Shown here piece after piece: positions 43,839 to 61,603 of a stretch of 64,000 bases of DNA (position 1 is the stretch's first letter; each line of letters opens with the position of its first letter). The translations under genes were made by a program, and so were the position numbers. The notes below the pieces were generated by a model that was not told where the DNA came from, ran no database searches, and saw only the letters and a list, made by a program, of their open reading frames with translations. Location: the NCBI GenBank assembly GCA_050084515.1, contig CM114271.1, positions 7,874,001 through 7,938,000 on the forward strand. The letters run 5' to 3'. This DNA comes from Blasia pusilla. Lineage: Eukaryota.

Positions 43839-44845
43839 TGTAGTGCAAATACACATTGCTGCCAACATACATCGGCTCTCATACACAGACATGTCTAAGA
43901 TCCATCTACATATGAATCCTAACATCTCTACACATGAACGACTGGACAACCCCAATATAAAGTTGAATATGAATTATAAACTCTGATGAAATCTGCAATC
44001 AACCGTGCTTCATCCAAACAACGATATTCATGAATCGGATACACACGCTTGCAATAGTAAGAGAAAGTGTAAACAAGGACTCCCAAAATGTGTGTGATCT
44101 TCCATTATTGATCACTCCTAGCCCAACCTTCGAGAGAGAACCTAGGCTCAATACATGCAAGTTGCATTGTATCATGGATCCCGACACGGATCTACGATCC
44201 TGAGGAAGATGAGCTCCAAATGAGGTTCATCCGAGGTATATCCCCTCTAGGCATCTCCATGGATGACCTGTACACAAAGGTCACCTCCCTCCTAGCAAAT
44301 CACTACCAACGTGTAGTACATAGAATACTAACTCCCTAATAACTACACATGTGGCCCCCTCATGAGACCAACTACCAACTAATCCACGATCCTATAGATC
44401 CAAGTGGATCCATATATGGCTAGGAAGGTCAACCTCTCCAAGGTTGCCACTCCTCATAAAGGGAAGGGTGACCTACACTCGTAGGTCGCCTCCTAAGAGC
44501 ATGTCACATATGACCTCTCAAAATAGGGAAGTACAAGACCCCTCTAAGGCCTCAATACTATCTTGCCCTACACCTCATCTACCATGATAGTTTTCATGCG
44601 AATACACATCGCTGCCAACATACATTGGTTGTCATACACACACATGTCTAAGATCCATCTACATATGAATTCTAACATCTCTACACATGAACGCCTAGAC
44701 AACTTCAATCGCCCCCCTAACTGGTGGTTAGGTCCCTCTAACTCCAGATAGCCTACAAAACAAGTCAAAATGCTATGCACCTTTTTGGTGCTAAGATCAA
44801 GAGGTCGGGTGCTATGTCGCCCCATCACCTCTTGATAACTCTTGC
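43839..44845 (-). mobile_element. Fragment related to the Gypsy 3' end, with a ~110-bp internal direct repeat
   Basis: 44707-44753 matches 8583-8630 (purine-rich tract on minus strand); 43845-43955 is repeated at 44597-44709. Confidence 0.55.
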
Positions 44846-45837
44846 TGTATATACTTTGAAGCTTTCTCATTCTTGATGGAATAGTAAAGAATTCCCTTCC
44901 TTCATTCGGATGTGTGGCGTGTATTCATGAATCATCTTATTGGGTATGCAGAGCAAGGAGTAGATCGGGAGAGCACTATCACCACTAGAATAATCAACAA
45001 CAAGTTGTCATAAATCTGTTCGATAGAGAGTAGCCTGCCAAGACAGATTGAATTCCGAAAGTAGGAGAAGCCATCTTCTTGTTGAGATCTCTATGAGGTT
45101 CTTTGGTGTTGAGTGAGGATCTACCTGGGCGTGAATTCAATTCCACTGGCGAGAATCGAGGAAAGAAATTTTGGTACTAATGAAAAGAATAATACAATGA
45201 TAACCGATTGAATCCGAACTGTATACACTTAATTACAACTATTGCAAGATAAACGCCAACTTAAACTCTCTTTTCAGATATTCGTGATCTTCTTGGGGAT
45301 CGAACTCATTAAATTACCATAAAAAGATCAATTATTATAACTCTAGGACATTACAACTACTCCCTTGCTCGGACCATTCCTACAGCATGAGGACTTCGTG
45401 AGAGAATGATGATAGTAACTAGGTTGATGGTCTTTAAATATTCTTCGAGATAGTAGTAGTCCTAAAGATCTGAAGCGCCTCTTGTAAATCTAGTACCTAT
45501 TGGGATCTTGTAACTACTTTGATCTACGGTTCTTTGAAGTTTTCGTATGATTCCGCTGGTTGTAACTGTCCTACCTTTCTATCTGCTTCAGAAAGTCACG
45601 TCTCTTCCTAGTCTAACTACTCTAATGGTGTGCCGCTTGAAATCACGATAGTCTTATCTTCACTGCAAAGTCAGAACCTCTTCTTCTTCCTTTGAGGACG
45701 AAGCTCTTCCTCTTTGTGTGAGGACAAAGCGTTGCATTCGTCACGCTTATCCCAAGTGCTTCGTTCTTCCTTCTTTGTTCTTCCGCGAAGCATTGCTGCT
45801 TCGTCTTGGTGCTTCAGTGAAGAGAAAAATACTTCTA
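44846..45837. mobile_element. Rearranged family C LTR (right half forward, left half inverted)
   Basis: 44846-45355 matches 5946-6446 up to CATTACA; 45356 onward is the reverse complement of LTR-C running leftward from ~5933. Confidence 0.82.
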
Positions 45838-46720
45838 TGTCACGTCTTTTAGGATAGATTGGTGAGATGTAGTAGAGCCCCTTTGTGAGTAGTGGAAGAC
45901 AGGCTCAGTAGGTCGAGGATGACCTGCTGAGGCCCTGGGAAACTTGAAAGGGCAGGTTTCCCCTTCATTTCGGCTCATTTGGAGCCATATTGAGCAACTT
46001 ACTATTTTAGGCAAGTACCATTTTGAGTATATGATCGACTTTCTATTTTTTGTAAGTGGCCCTTGACCTCCTACATCAGGTCAAGAGCCAAGGAGGTGAC
46101 TTGGGAGAATAGGTTATCATGGAGAGATTTTGAGAGAGGGGAGGGGTATACCTCAAGGAGAGAGAGCTTGAGAGCTCATTCTCTCTTTGTTGAACCTCTT
46201 GGCATGAGGCCGCAAAACTATGGTCCCTTGCCTTGTGAGTGTAACCCAAGCCTCTCATTAGGAGAGTGATTTTGGTTTGAAATGAAAGAGAGTGTACACC
46301 TTTGAGAGCTATGGTTTGAGATGGTGTAGAGAGAGATTGGATCTTACTTTACAAAGAGAGAATGAGAGAATGAGAAAGTGAGAGAGCTTCATGGGGGAGC
46401 TCGCTGGTCACTCCCTGTTTTTGCAGGTTGGGGACCGTGTTCCCCATTCAGCGGCTCATGGGAGTGCTCACCGGAGCAAGGGCTGCTTTGATAGTCCTTT
46501 ACATTTGCCGATTTTTCGTGTGGAAGAGTGGCGCGCAAAAGCGCTGCCCAATTTCTGATAGGGATTAATTATGGGGGCGGGTTGCCCCATACTAATGCTC
46601 TCAAGAGCATCATATAGCTTTTTGATTTGTATTTTTATAGGTTTTACATTTTTGTTGGGAGAAATCAGCGCGGAAGCGCTGCCAAATTTTGTGTAGGAGA
46701 AAGAGATATAGGGCTTTACA
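45838..46720 (+). repeat. Putative 5' LTR of Gypsy-DNMT copy 2 (family E)
   Basis: TGTCAC...GCTTTACA; homologous to 16086-16798 with ~170 extra bp. Confidence 0.7.
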
Positions 46721-49700
46721 ATAGTCCCCTTCAGTTTTTACAGGAATTTTTAATTCCAAATATTTTTTGATGTTGTTGTGGATCATGAAGTTGTGCACAC
46801 TGTGCCACAAACAGTGCATAATTTGGAGTTGCGAGTAAAAAGTTATGGTCAATCTTGCAAAACTGCCATTGCTAGGCAATTTTTAGGGTTAAATTGTTCA
46901 AACCCTAAATCAGCCGCCACGCCGGCGGCGGCCGTCGCCATCATAGTCACTGTCACCTGTCAACGGTCAACCATCACCATCAACAGTCCGTCATCACCAT
47001 CAATAGTCCACCGTCCATCGACCACCGTCGGCCGTTGTCCACCCTTTGGTTGCCATTGCCGCCATTACAGAGTGGAGGGTCTTCCACGACGTTTGTTGAT
47101 TCTCTGACTTGCATCGCCACCACGTACTTTGTTTTGGACGCCAACTTCATCAAAGTTTCATCGTCAAGCACTAACGGAAAATGACCTCTAGTTATGGTGT
47201 TTGAGTTTTGATTTCATGGTGCTATGTTATGATTGGTAGCTGCTCGACGACGATCGAGTACCGTGCCGTGACGCCTGTAGCCGCAACGCGCCGCCGATTG
47301 CCGTGCCGTGCCGTGCCGCTTATGGCCGCACCGCACCATCTCGATCACGGAGTCGCACCGTCATTGTGGAGGATAGTGTGGATTTATTGTTGATTAAGGA
47401 GGGTATGCCATAGAGTGCCGCATCCCACCATCGAGGGCCGTGCCGTTTGTAGCCGTTCGGTGCCGCCTGGAACGCCGCACTGTTCTGTTGGAACTGCACT
47501 GTCTATCGAGGAGTTTTGAGCAGCGTTAGTATGGGAGGAGTACGACCTGCTGATTGGAGGAGTTGTCTCCATGATCGAGTTGGGGTTGAGATTTGCAGTT
47601 GCTGAGGAGCGACATCGACATGTGTTCAGGTTACCCATTTTGGTCCTTTACCCTGCACGCATGAGGGATGTCTGGAGTTGAGGGTAGGTTGTCAATGAGA
47701 TGATAGCCTGGTCGATTTTCTGCACCATGCCGCTTGTTGCCGCACGTTACACGTCTCGGGGAGGGAGAGTGTAGATCGAGTGCCGCATGTTTGGGATGAG
47801 TGATTGAGGGATTACTCGCGAGGTTGAGAGTGATCGTGTGAGGGGGGCACGAGGGCCATTACGGCGTCCTTTCAGGATTTTGAGAGGCGAGGTAGAGGAC
47901 CTAAGAGTAGCTCTGGAGGGTTTACCCGGAGTGGTGCGAGGTTTTGAGGGTCTCCACGTGAGAGACAAACTCGATCTCCTTCTGTGTTGTCTTCAGACAA
48001 GGGGGAGCATATAGAGAAGTTTGTGAGCACATCGCCACACATTGTGAGTGGTCCTACTAGTTGGGCGTACGAGATGGACGATCAAGGTAGAGGACCGCGT
48101 AGGTTTTCACGTGCAGTAGGCACGATTGAGTTGCACGATTTCATAGCAGAGTTTAGGAGTTGGTGCGACTCCCAGCGGGCCAAGAACTCTAGAGAGTTCA
48201 ACCCGTTTATAGCATGAAACAGTATGTTCCAGCATTTAGAGGGGGCGCCCATGGACGATTACCATACGTTCTCTCAGAGATATGCACGTGAGATGGAGGC
48301 GTGGAGGCTCTACTATGACCCACATTATGTGTCATGGATGGAGCCGTTCCCAGACGAGGAGGAGGAGTCAGGAGAGGTAACTTCCTCTTCCACTAGTGAC
48401 GTTGTAGGAGGGGTCACTCACACGGGAGCAGTTGCACCGTCTAGTCAGGTTCGTCCCAGGTTCAACCCTGTGGTTGAGTTCTTTGCTGAGTTGAGGGCGA
48501 GCTACCAAGGGGTACGGACGGAGAAGTTGAGGAGCATCCATGACTTCCAGAGGCGCCCGGGTGAGAGTTTGCGTGAGGCTTACACTCGCTTGTGCCGGTT
48601 GATCAACGTCACTCAGGGGGTGAATGGGGCTCAGGCTATCTAGTCATGGTACGCAATGCTGGACCGGACCCTGCGGACACGGGTGCGGGAGGGGGTGCTC
48701 CTTATGAACACCTCCCCTATGTTGAGAGATGCTCTACGGAGGAGAGTGTAGCCACCATGGGTTCTGGGCGAGAGTAGTCACGATTGCCTGCACTACCTGT
48801 GCAGCAACGTGGACTCCGAGATAGTTTGACTGTGGCACCACGAGCTCAGGGAGGATACCGGGGGGCTGTGCCACAGAGACCTGCGCCTTCATATGCGGCT
48901 CAGCAGCAGCTGCCTACTATTACTTGTTGGTCATGTGGTGAAGCCCATCATTAGCACGATTGCACTCGTCAAGGTCATGGACATATGCCTCAACATGGAG
49001 GAGGAGATGGTGTTGCACCAGGAGGTTATCAGTGTGACTATTTTTCAGAGGTATGGTCGTACACGTGCCATTTGTTTCAGTTTGCATCCTGAGTTACGTC
49101 CGGACTAAAGGCCAGAGAGGGCACTAGAGCGAGTAGCCGGTCCGGGTGGGCCTAGAGATTGTGCACCATGTGCTCCTGTTGGGGGACAAGAAGCTGGAGT
49201 TTCCCGACAGGATGGTGGAGTTGCCCGTGGAGGACGTAGAGTACCATCACCTAGACGCACCGAGGAAGACGCCAGACGTGAGGCTGGGATGGCTGCTCAG
49301 ATACAGCAACTACAGGAGCAGATTGCTGTTATGACATTGAGGTTACCCAATGTCGGATCCGTGGCATCAACATCATATGGAGCAGCCAGAGATCTGGAGG
49401 ATCCTGGTTGGATATGCGGGGTTGCCCAAATGGAGACAGCCGCAGTTGTGACGCGTGGAGCAGCCGCAGAGTTGGATCCACAGCGAGGGGAAGCCAGGAA
49501 AAAGACTAGGCTTCCTCAGTCTTTCACGTTGTCCGAGGCGATGAGGACCCCATCGATGGGTCCTGATCAGAGTTCCTAGAGAGTTGGTGATGTTGTTGGT
49601 GTGCAGGAACAAAGGGCGATGGGAGAAAAGAGTGCGACGACTCCTATTGTTGATGCTGAGGAGGGACATGTGTTAAGCACGTTGTTGGGGGCGGCCGCCG

Positions 49701-50764
49701 TCCTATACCGCACTCCTTTATTTTCAGCTTCCGATGTTATGAGGTTGGGGGGTACGCCCGTCGAGGCTTTTTGGCTGGCCGCTTCACTATATGAACGCGG
49801 AGTTGGAGTTCTTGTATAACGTTTAGAGGTGATTGCAGAGGAGATGATGGACCTGTCCTTGGAGCGGATGCTCGGGCCGTCCACATCATATTCATGGCAG
49901 GTTGCGGCTGCTAGGATGGCGGAGATGCCCGCTAGACCCGCGATAGAGCGTGCCATGGCTTCTCTTGGTGTTGTGTTGTTGGATAACCAAGGAGAGGTCT
50001 TCCAGTTGATGAGTCCCGGAGGTAAAGCTTTTATTCCGCAGCGCGTCTTGTTGGATTCAGAGCGCACAACCACTGATGTTGGGGAAAGCATCATTCAGAG
50101 GATTGGGCTTGACGAGAGCCGATGTGGAGCGTTGTCCATTCCGGATACAGACATCCTTGGGTGGAGTGAGTACCACACAGTATATCACCCGACAACATGT
50201 CGTGGTGAGGATTCGCCCGGTACATCCTACAGATGAGTCCGTGGTGCGAGCCAAGGCGATAGTGACTGATGCAGAGTCCTACGACGTCTTGGTTGGTGGA
50301 GCAGTGTTATACCCAAGGAGTTTCCTCTGGATTACTGGGAGGAGTCAGCGTCCTACAGATCAGGATGGCAGTCAGGTGATGGGCGCCTTAGCTTATTACC
50401 CGTTTGATTCATAGGTGTAGTGATTGAGCAACGGCCAGGAGAGATGGCGACCTTAGCAACATTTAGCAGTGCCATCACTTGGCCTAGTGATTTGATTGAG
50501 GGACATGTCCATGCAGAGGATATTCCTTTTCTTAACATTTCTATGGAGAGAGGCGTTATGGTAGCCGCATCATTCCGTGGAGGAGAGGTGCCGATGTGGG
50601 GCTTGACTAAGGAGCTTCGACGATTGGCAGATGAGCACGTGCAGACCGCGTGGAGCGAGGCATTTTCAGTGGAGCGTGACGGGTCTGAGGAACCCGATGT
50701 AGCAAGGAGTGATACGATGATACCCTTGGATATCACACCCATTGTGTGGTGTATCTCGGAGGAG

Positions 50765-51720
50765 GCTATTCGAGTGTTAGATCTCTTTGGAGGGATTAGC
50801 ATCGGGTTAGCTGTTTTTTTGCAGGTATAAGTGCGCGTACAACAATACCTGTATGTGGAGAGTGATGATGTTGCGAGGCGCGTCTCACTACAATATGTGG
50901 TGCGGTTACGCCTTCGTTTTCCCGACTTATTGTCTGCGTCCGCGATACAAGGGTACTAGAGTTCCCTATCGAGGGATATTTCGTTGCTGGGGGCAGAGGA
51001 CTTAGACCGGTTAGGCACCATTGATTTGGTCATTGCCGATTGGCCATGTCAAGGCCAATTGAGTGCTGGATGAGGCAGCGGGTTGGCTGACACTCGATCC
51101 AGGTTGTTTTGGGAGATGTTGAGGGTCTTACGGCAGTTGTAGGAGCACTAGTCTCGTTCTCCAGCCTACATTTTGGAGAATGTGCCGATCTTAGGAGACT
51201 TCAGATCACGGGTGGTGACGAGTGCTCATCAAGTGCATGCCTAGATTGGCCCAGCATTGTTCTTGGATGCGGCGAGTGTAGGTTCTAGAGCCCATCGCCC
51301 GCGTCTATGGTGGACCAACTTGGTGGCCCATGCGGTATTATGGAGGGCGTATGCGAGAGTGGAGTGCCCCTCCCATTTGTTAGTGGATTCCATTCAGGAT
51401 CCAAGTTGTCGCTCACAAGCAATGAGGCACGATGATCGACCACCGTTGATTGTGGTCAACAGGGTAGGCAAGCCACGGGCAGCCTTTCCCACGTTTGTGA
51501 GTTTTCCCGCTTCCTATGCATACAAAGAGGCCAGTCCTGGCTTGGTTTGGGATGACCACGTTCAAAGTTTGGTGGAGCCCAACGCCGACAAGAGAGAGGG
51601 GGCGATGGGATTTCCCATAGGAGTGACGGCAGTACCGTCAGTTTCAAAGGCATCATGACGCCATGTCTTGGGTCAGGCGATGGACCTGAATTGCTTGACA
51701 TGGATCTTCAGCTTGGGAGT
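50765..51720 (+). pseudogene. DNMT3-like C5-cytosine DNA methyltransferase domain inside Gypsy pol (copy 2)
   Basis: IRVLDLFGGIS (I), YLYVE (II), DLVIADWPCQG (IV), YILENV (VI), DAASVGSRAHRPRLWWTNL (VIII), EPNADKREGAMGFP (IX), LGQAMDLNCLTWIF (X); several in-frame stops. Confidence 0.92.
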
Positions 51721-53635
51721 GGCTCAGCAGCGGCGGATGAGATCGCCACAGATCACAGTGGTTACGTTCGTAAGCCCCATGCTTACTGAGAGGGTGGAGG
51801 CAGTGGCTGGGGTCAAGACCCGAGTAGATCGACAAACCATGCGAGATCGGGAGAGACACCCTTAGACTTCTTGGGATGTTTTGCAGGTACGTCAGGAGAT
51901 GATAGCCATAGCATCAAGCGTGGTTCCGCGCACTGCATGTGGAGGAGATCAGAGTTTGCACTTAGCTGTAGGAGAGCGGTCGAGTGTCGTTGTTTGAGAC
52001 GGGGTTGCACCATAGCAACCACCGATATCCGCGCCGGAGAGTCCTACCGTAGTCACGATGGAGACTTGGGAGCCAGATATGGGCCTTAAGTTGATTGGAG
52101 GAGAGCGGCACCGAATACATCAGTTCCTAAGGAGTTATAGGAGATGCTTTGCGTTTAGCATGGAGGATTTTGGTACGCTGAAGGGACCAGGGATCTGCAT
52201 TGAGTTTTCGAGTGATACGCCGATCTTTCGACGACCCTACAGGTACAGTGATATGGAGAGGGCTCTGATTCAGAGTAAGAGCCAGGACTTAGTTGGAGCA
52301 CGACTAGTGGAGATGTCGCATGGGGAGTATGCATCTGCCATTGTCCCGCCCGCCAAGAAGGATGTGCATGGCAAGTGGACGGATAGATGGATGTGTGGGG
52401 ATTACCGACCTATCAATCGGCAGACGAAGTCCGATAGGTATGCCATGCCCACCCCTGAGGAGATCTTTGATGCGATTGATCACGCAAAGGTCTTCAGTTT
52501 ATTGGATTTGCAAGTCGGATACCATCAGCTGCCTATCAAATTGGAGGACAGGCAAAAGACGGCATTTTGGGGCATCGATTCTCACGGGAAGGATTGTTTG
52601 TATCAATGGCAGTTCTTACCATTTGGGTTGAAGAATGCCTTGGATGAGTTTCAGAGGGTCATGGATAGGATCTTGGTTGGTTTGGATTTTGGTAGGTATT
52701 ATATTGATGACATCGTAGTCTTTAGCGCCGCGGTTGAGGAGCATGAGCGACATCTAGTGAAGGTGTTTTGACGATTGCAATTACATGGGCTGAAGCTACA
52801 TCCAGGCAAGTGCAAGTTCTTTTACAACTAGATTGAGTACTTGGGTCATAGGATATACCCATGGGGCCTTGGTGTTCAACAGACAAAGGTAGAGGCTATC
52901 TCACGCATTCCACGCCCTACATATGTGAGCCGTGTTCGCGCATTCATGGGATTGGCGAACTTCTATCGGCGGTACGTCAAGGGATTCAGTTCGATTGCAA
53001 AGCCGCTGACCTTGCTAACCAAGGTGGATCACAAGTGGCACTGGGGGCATTTCAATTGCTCAAGGACACGTTGACGTCTGCGCCCATCTTGAGGAGACCG
53101 ATTAGGGGGCGTCCTTTCCAGTCGCACACAGATTGGAGCATGTTGGGGCTTGGAGCGGTGCTCACCCAGCATGATGATGAGGATAGAGAGTTTGTGGTGG
53201 CTTACGCTAGCCACTCGAACAACACTGCAGAGGCGAAGTACAACTTATATGAGGGTGAGTGCTTGGCTGCAGTGTGGGCTGTCATGCATTTCAGGTGTTA
53301 CTTATCCGGAAACCCCTTTACCATCATCATTGATCACCAACCACTGAAGTGGTTGATGGTGTCCAACAAGCTTACAAGGAAGCTTGCAAGATGGGCTTTG
53401 TTGTTGCACGAGTATGATTTTCAGGTGGTACATAGACCTAGGATGCTCAACCAGGATGCAGATGGGTTAAGTCATAACCCATGCCCGAGTCACCGAGATG
53501 CAACTGGAGCTCGATGGCATGGAGAGAGTGATGAAGAGTCAGTGCCAGGATGGCACGCGTCAGCCTATTTAGGCATGTTGGCTATGGAGAGCCAGAGTGT
53601 GGAGACTTCGATGGCGAGATCTAGTGGAGAGTCCT

Positions 53636-54852
53636 TGTGATACCCACAATTTTGTACTCTTGAAGAATATATCTTTTTATTCAACGAAGACTCTTGTATA
53701 TTATGATTTTGATTATGATTATTTATTATTATGAGGAAGAATGAGTGAATCATGAAGCTCCTGGGACAAGGTAGAGAGATGGAAGATCAAGGATTTGCCT
53801 TAGAGGAGAGGAAAACGCAATAACGAAGTCCCAAGACTCAGAACGAAGATGTACGAAGCTCAATGAAGATGTACGAAGCTCTGTCTATGAAGTGCTTCGC
53901 TACATAACGAAGCATCACGAAGAAAAGAAGAAAGAAGTACTTCGCTCTTGTACGAAGCACGAAGCACCAGAAATAAGAACGAAGCATGGAGTACTTCGTC
54001 CTCATGAAGTCCAGCGAAGCGAAGCTAAGAAGGACTGTGATTTCAAGCCACACAAGTTAGAACAATTAAACTAGGAAAGGGCGCGACCCTTTGTATCAAA
54101 TTGGTAGTTAGAACAGTTTTGTACGGCGGATTCACAGGGATCGTAGGAAAAGCTAAGAGAACCATAGATCTAGGTAGTTAGAAATAGTGAAGAGACACTA
54201 GCTTCATCAAGAACTTTTTTAATCTTTGGATCACTTCCACTCCAGCGAATATTTAGGAAGCAAAGCAGAAGCCATAATCATCATTCTCTTACGAAGTCCT
54301 TATGTTGTAGGAATGGTCCGAGCAAGAGAGTAGTACCCTCTCGAGCTTGTATACACTTTGAAGCTTTCTCGTTCTTGATGGAGTAGTAAAACAATCATTC
54401 ATTCATTCATTCTGATGTGCGATGCTTATGTCTGAGTATTCTTTTTGGGTCTACAGAGTGAAGGGTGAATCAGGCGAACCTTTCTCATCAGTGAAATAAT
54501 CAACATGAGTTGTAGGAAATCTGTTTGACAGAGAGTAACCTGCCGAGACGGATTGAGTTCCAAAAGTAGGAGAAGTCAGCTTTTGTGTTGAGGTCTCTGT
54601 GAGGTTTCTTAATGTCGAGAGGAAAATCTACCTGAACATGCTGTCAATTCCACTAGACAAAATGGAGAAAAGATCCTTTGGTACTAAGAAAGATCAGAAG
54701 ATATTGATAAGACATTGAATGTAACTCATCCATAGTTAAATACAGCTATTACAACATAATTGTATTTCCGAACTCTCTTTTCATCAAACAATGATCCTCT
54801 TGGGGATCGAACTTATTAAACGACTATAAAATAGAAACACTTGTACATTACA
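53636..54852. mobile_element. Solo LTR, family C (copy 2), inserted in Gypsy copy 2
   Basis: TGTGATACCC...CATTACA; TSD GTCCT (53631-53635 / 54853-54857). Confidence 0.95.
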
Positions 54853-54907
54853 GTCCTTGGATCCTGGGGCCAATGAGGAGACCATAGGTGGTCGAGATAT
54901 TCATGAT

Positions 54908-59757
<4,850 letters not shown>

Positions 59758-60483
59758 GGGGGCTGGTATTCTGGCAGGAGAGAGTAAGAGAGGAGAGGAA
59801 GAGAGGAAGAGAGGAGAGTCTCTCTTAAAAAAAAAGGGCCAAATCCGCCTCCTCTCTTCAAAATTTTTGACATATTTGAAAAAAAATTTTGCTTTCAAAT
59901 TCAAGAAATATTTAGAAGAGAGTAGGTAGTGGTCCACATTTGGCCCTAGAAAAACCTAATTTTTCGTGGGGGCGAAAAAAAAGTATACATCATAAGACCA
60001 CTACAAACATTTTTCCATCACTCTCCATGTGAGCCTATTTCTTAACATTACCTGTCTCGGTCTACAAAAAGCAGTGCCCATGGGTATTTTTGTTGGAGGA
60101 CCACCTGAATGCCAACCTCTCTTTTTTGCGAGGGATTGATTGTTATCGCATCATGGCCTCCCTCAATTGCCCCATAACCAACTTTTCGTTGGTTATGAAT
60201 GGTGTCTGCTCAAGACCAACTTTGTGAAATGTGAACACATGAGAGGATAATTGAACCAAAAGATTGTTAGTATGCTGGAGTAAAGAGGAACGATGTCCCT
60301 TCATTCAAATCCTAAAGCGAGAAACCGAGAAGTCGCACCCTCCCAACCCGTAAGAAAGCTCACCATAAGAAAGGAAAGATTTTTAGAAGTGATTTTCTTC
60401 CACCCTGCACCACGACAATCTAACGGGTTGGGAATCCGAAATTGGCAATCCGACGGGTAGTAGGAACCCGCACATCTTAGACA

Positions 60484-61565
60484 AGAAAAGAAGCCTACAA
60501 TCTGGTTTGACGAATGTAGGGAACGAGCCAAAAGTTAAGAAGCCCGCCACAATGCGCCGGTTGGTCTCACAGGAAAGAGTCCGATCACTCAAGCAAATCA
60601 ACTTTGTGGGAATCCGACGACTTGCCGAAATGGTTAAAAAGTTGCAGTGGGCAAAAAGCAAAAAGTTGCAACCCGTCAGAATCATACTGGTTGCAAAATT
60701 GTAATTCTGAGTAGCTAAAAGAACACAATCCACAAGTCCAAAAACATATTCCAGAAAACTTTTACAAACACCATTATGGGTTGAAAAAATCTCATCCTTT
60801 ATTACCTTCGAAGGAACCTCGGAAATGTACATTTTACCTAGTCTATGATTTCTTCAGCCTCGTCATCTACAAATTTACTCCTTACTCTCCTCGGTGACAG
60901 TACAAAAGGAATGTCTTGGGATACAAGTGGCTCCTCTGGCCGATTGTAGACGGGGATCGAAAATGTTGGCGAATTCAAGAGCCTTGGCCCCTCCCTAGGT
61001 ACGCCATAACGATCCCATATAACCTGATTTGAGTCCCACCGCCTTCCTCGGCAGTATACCTTGTACGCTCTACAATGTGACACCCATCCAGTATCAATAT
61101 GTGCTCCGTCCTTGGTAATACCATTATGGCAATTGCACAAGTAGTAGGAATCCAACACGTCTGAGAGAAGAAAAGAAGCCTACGCCTGCCTTTACGAGTT
61201 GAGGGGAAGCTGCCAAGGGAAGAAGCCCGCCAGACTGCCTCTTAAGTTGGACCAACAGGGAAAGAGTCCGATCAGGCAACCTATTGGAATCCGACATGTT
61301 GCTTGGAAGTGGTAAAAAGGTGTTGTCGTCAAAAAGTGAAAACTTGCAAGCAGGAGAAATCTGACGGGTTGCAAAATAGAAGTCCGCGGAGTACATAGAC
61401 AATCACATTCGAAAAGACATAAAAAATGTTCAGCAAACTTTTACAAGCACCACCATCGTTCAAAAAAATCATCTCCTTTATATCATTCAAAAAAAAGCTC
61501 GAAACTGTACATTTGATCTATTCTATGAAATCTTTTGCCTCATCATCAAATAACTCCCTACTCCA
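60484..61565. repeat. Diverged direct repeat of ~400 bp (about 60484-60880 and 61168-61565)
   Basis: Shared ordered blocks AGAAAAGAAGCCTAC, AAGAAGCCCGCCA, GGAAAGAGTCCGATCA, GGAATCCGAC, AAACTTTTACAA, GTACATTT..CTA.TCTATGA..GCCTC.TCATC. Confidence 0.75.
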
Positions 61566-61603
61566 AACGCTGCAGTCAAGTTGGGTCCTTGAGTTCTTTG
61601 AAC

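Larger units (their letters stand above)
45838..54907 (+). mobile_element. Ty3/Gypsy LTR retrotransposon with DNMT domain, copy 2 (3'-truncated before integrase)
   Basis: TGTCAC 5' end; gag-like ORFs 47984-48643 (FQRRPGESLREAYTRL); protease VLLDS ~50050; DNMT; RT 52058-53074 (YYIDD); RNase H to ~53480; resumes at 54853-54907 after a solo LTR. Confidence 0.93.
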
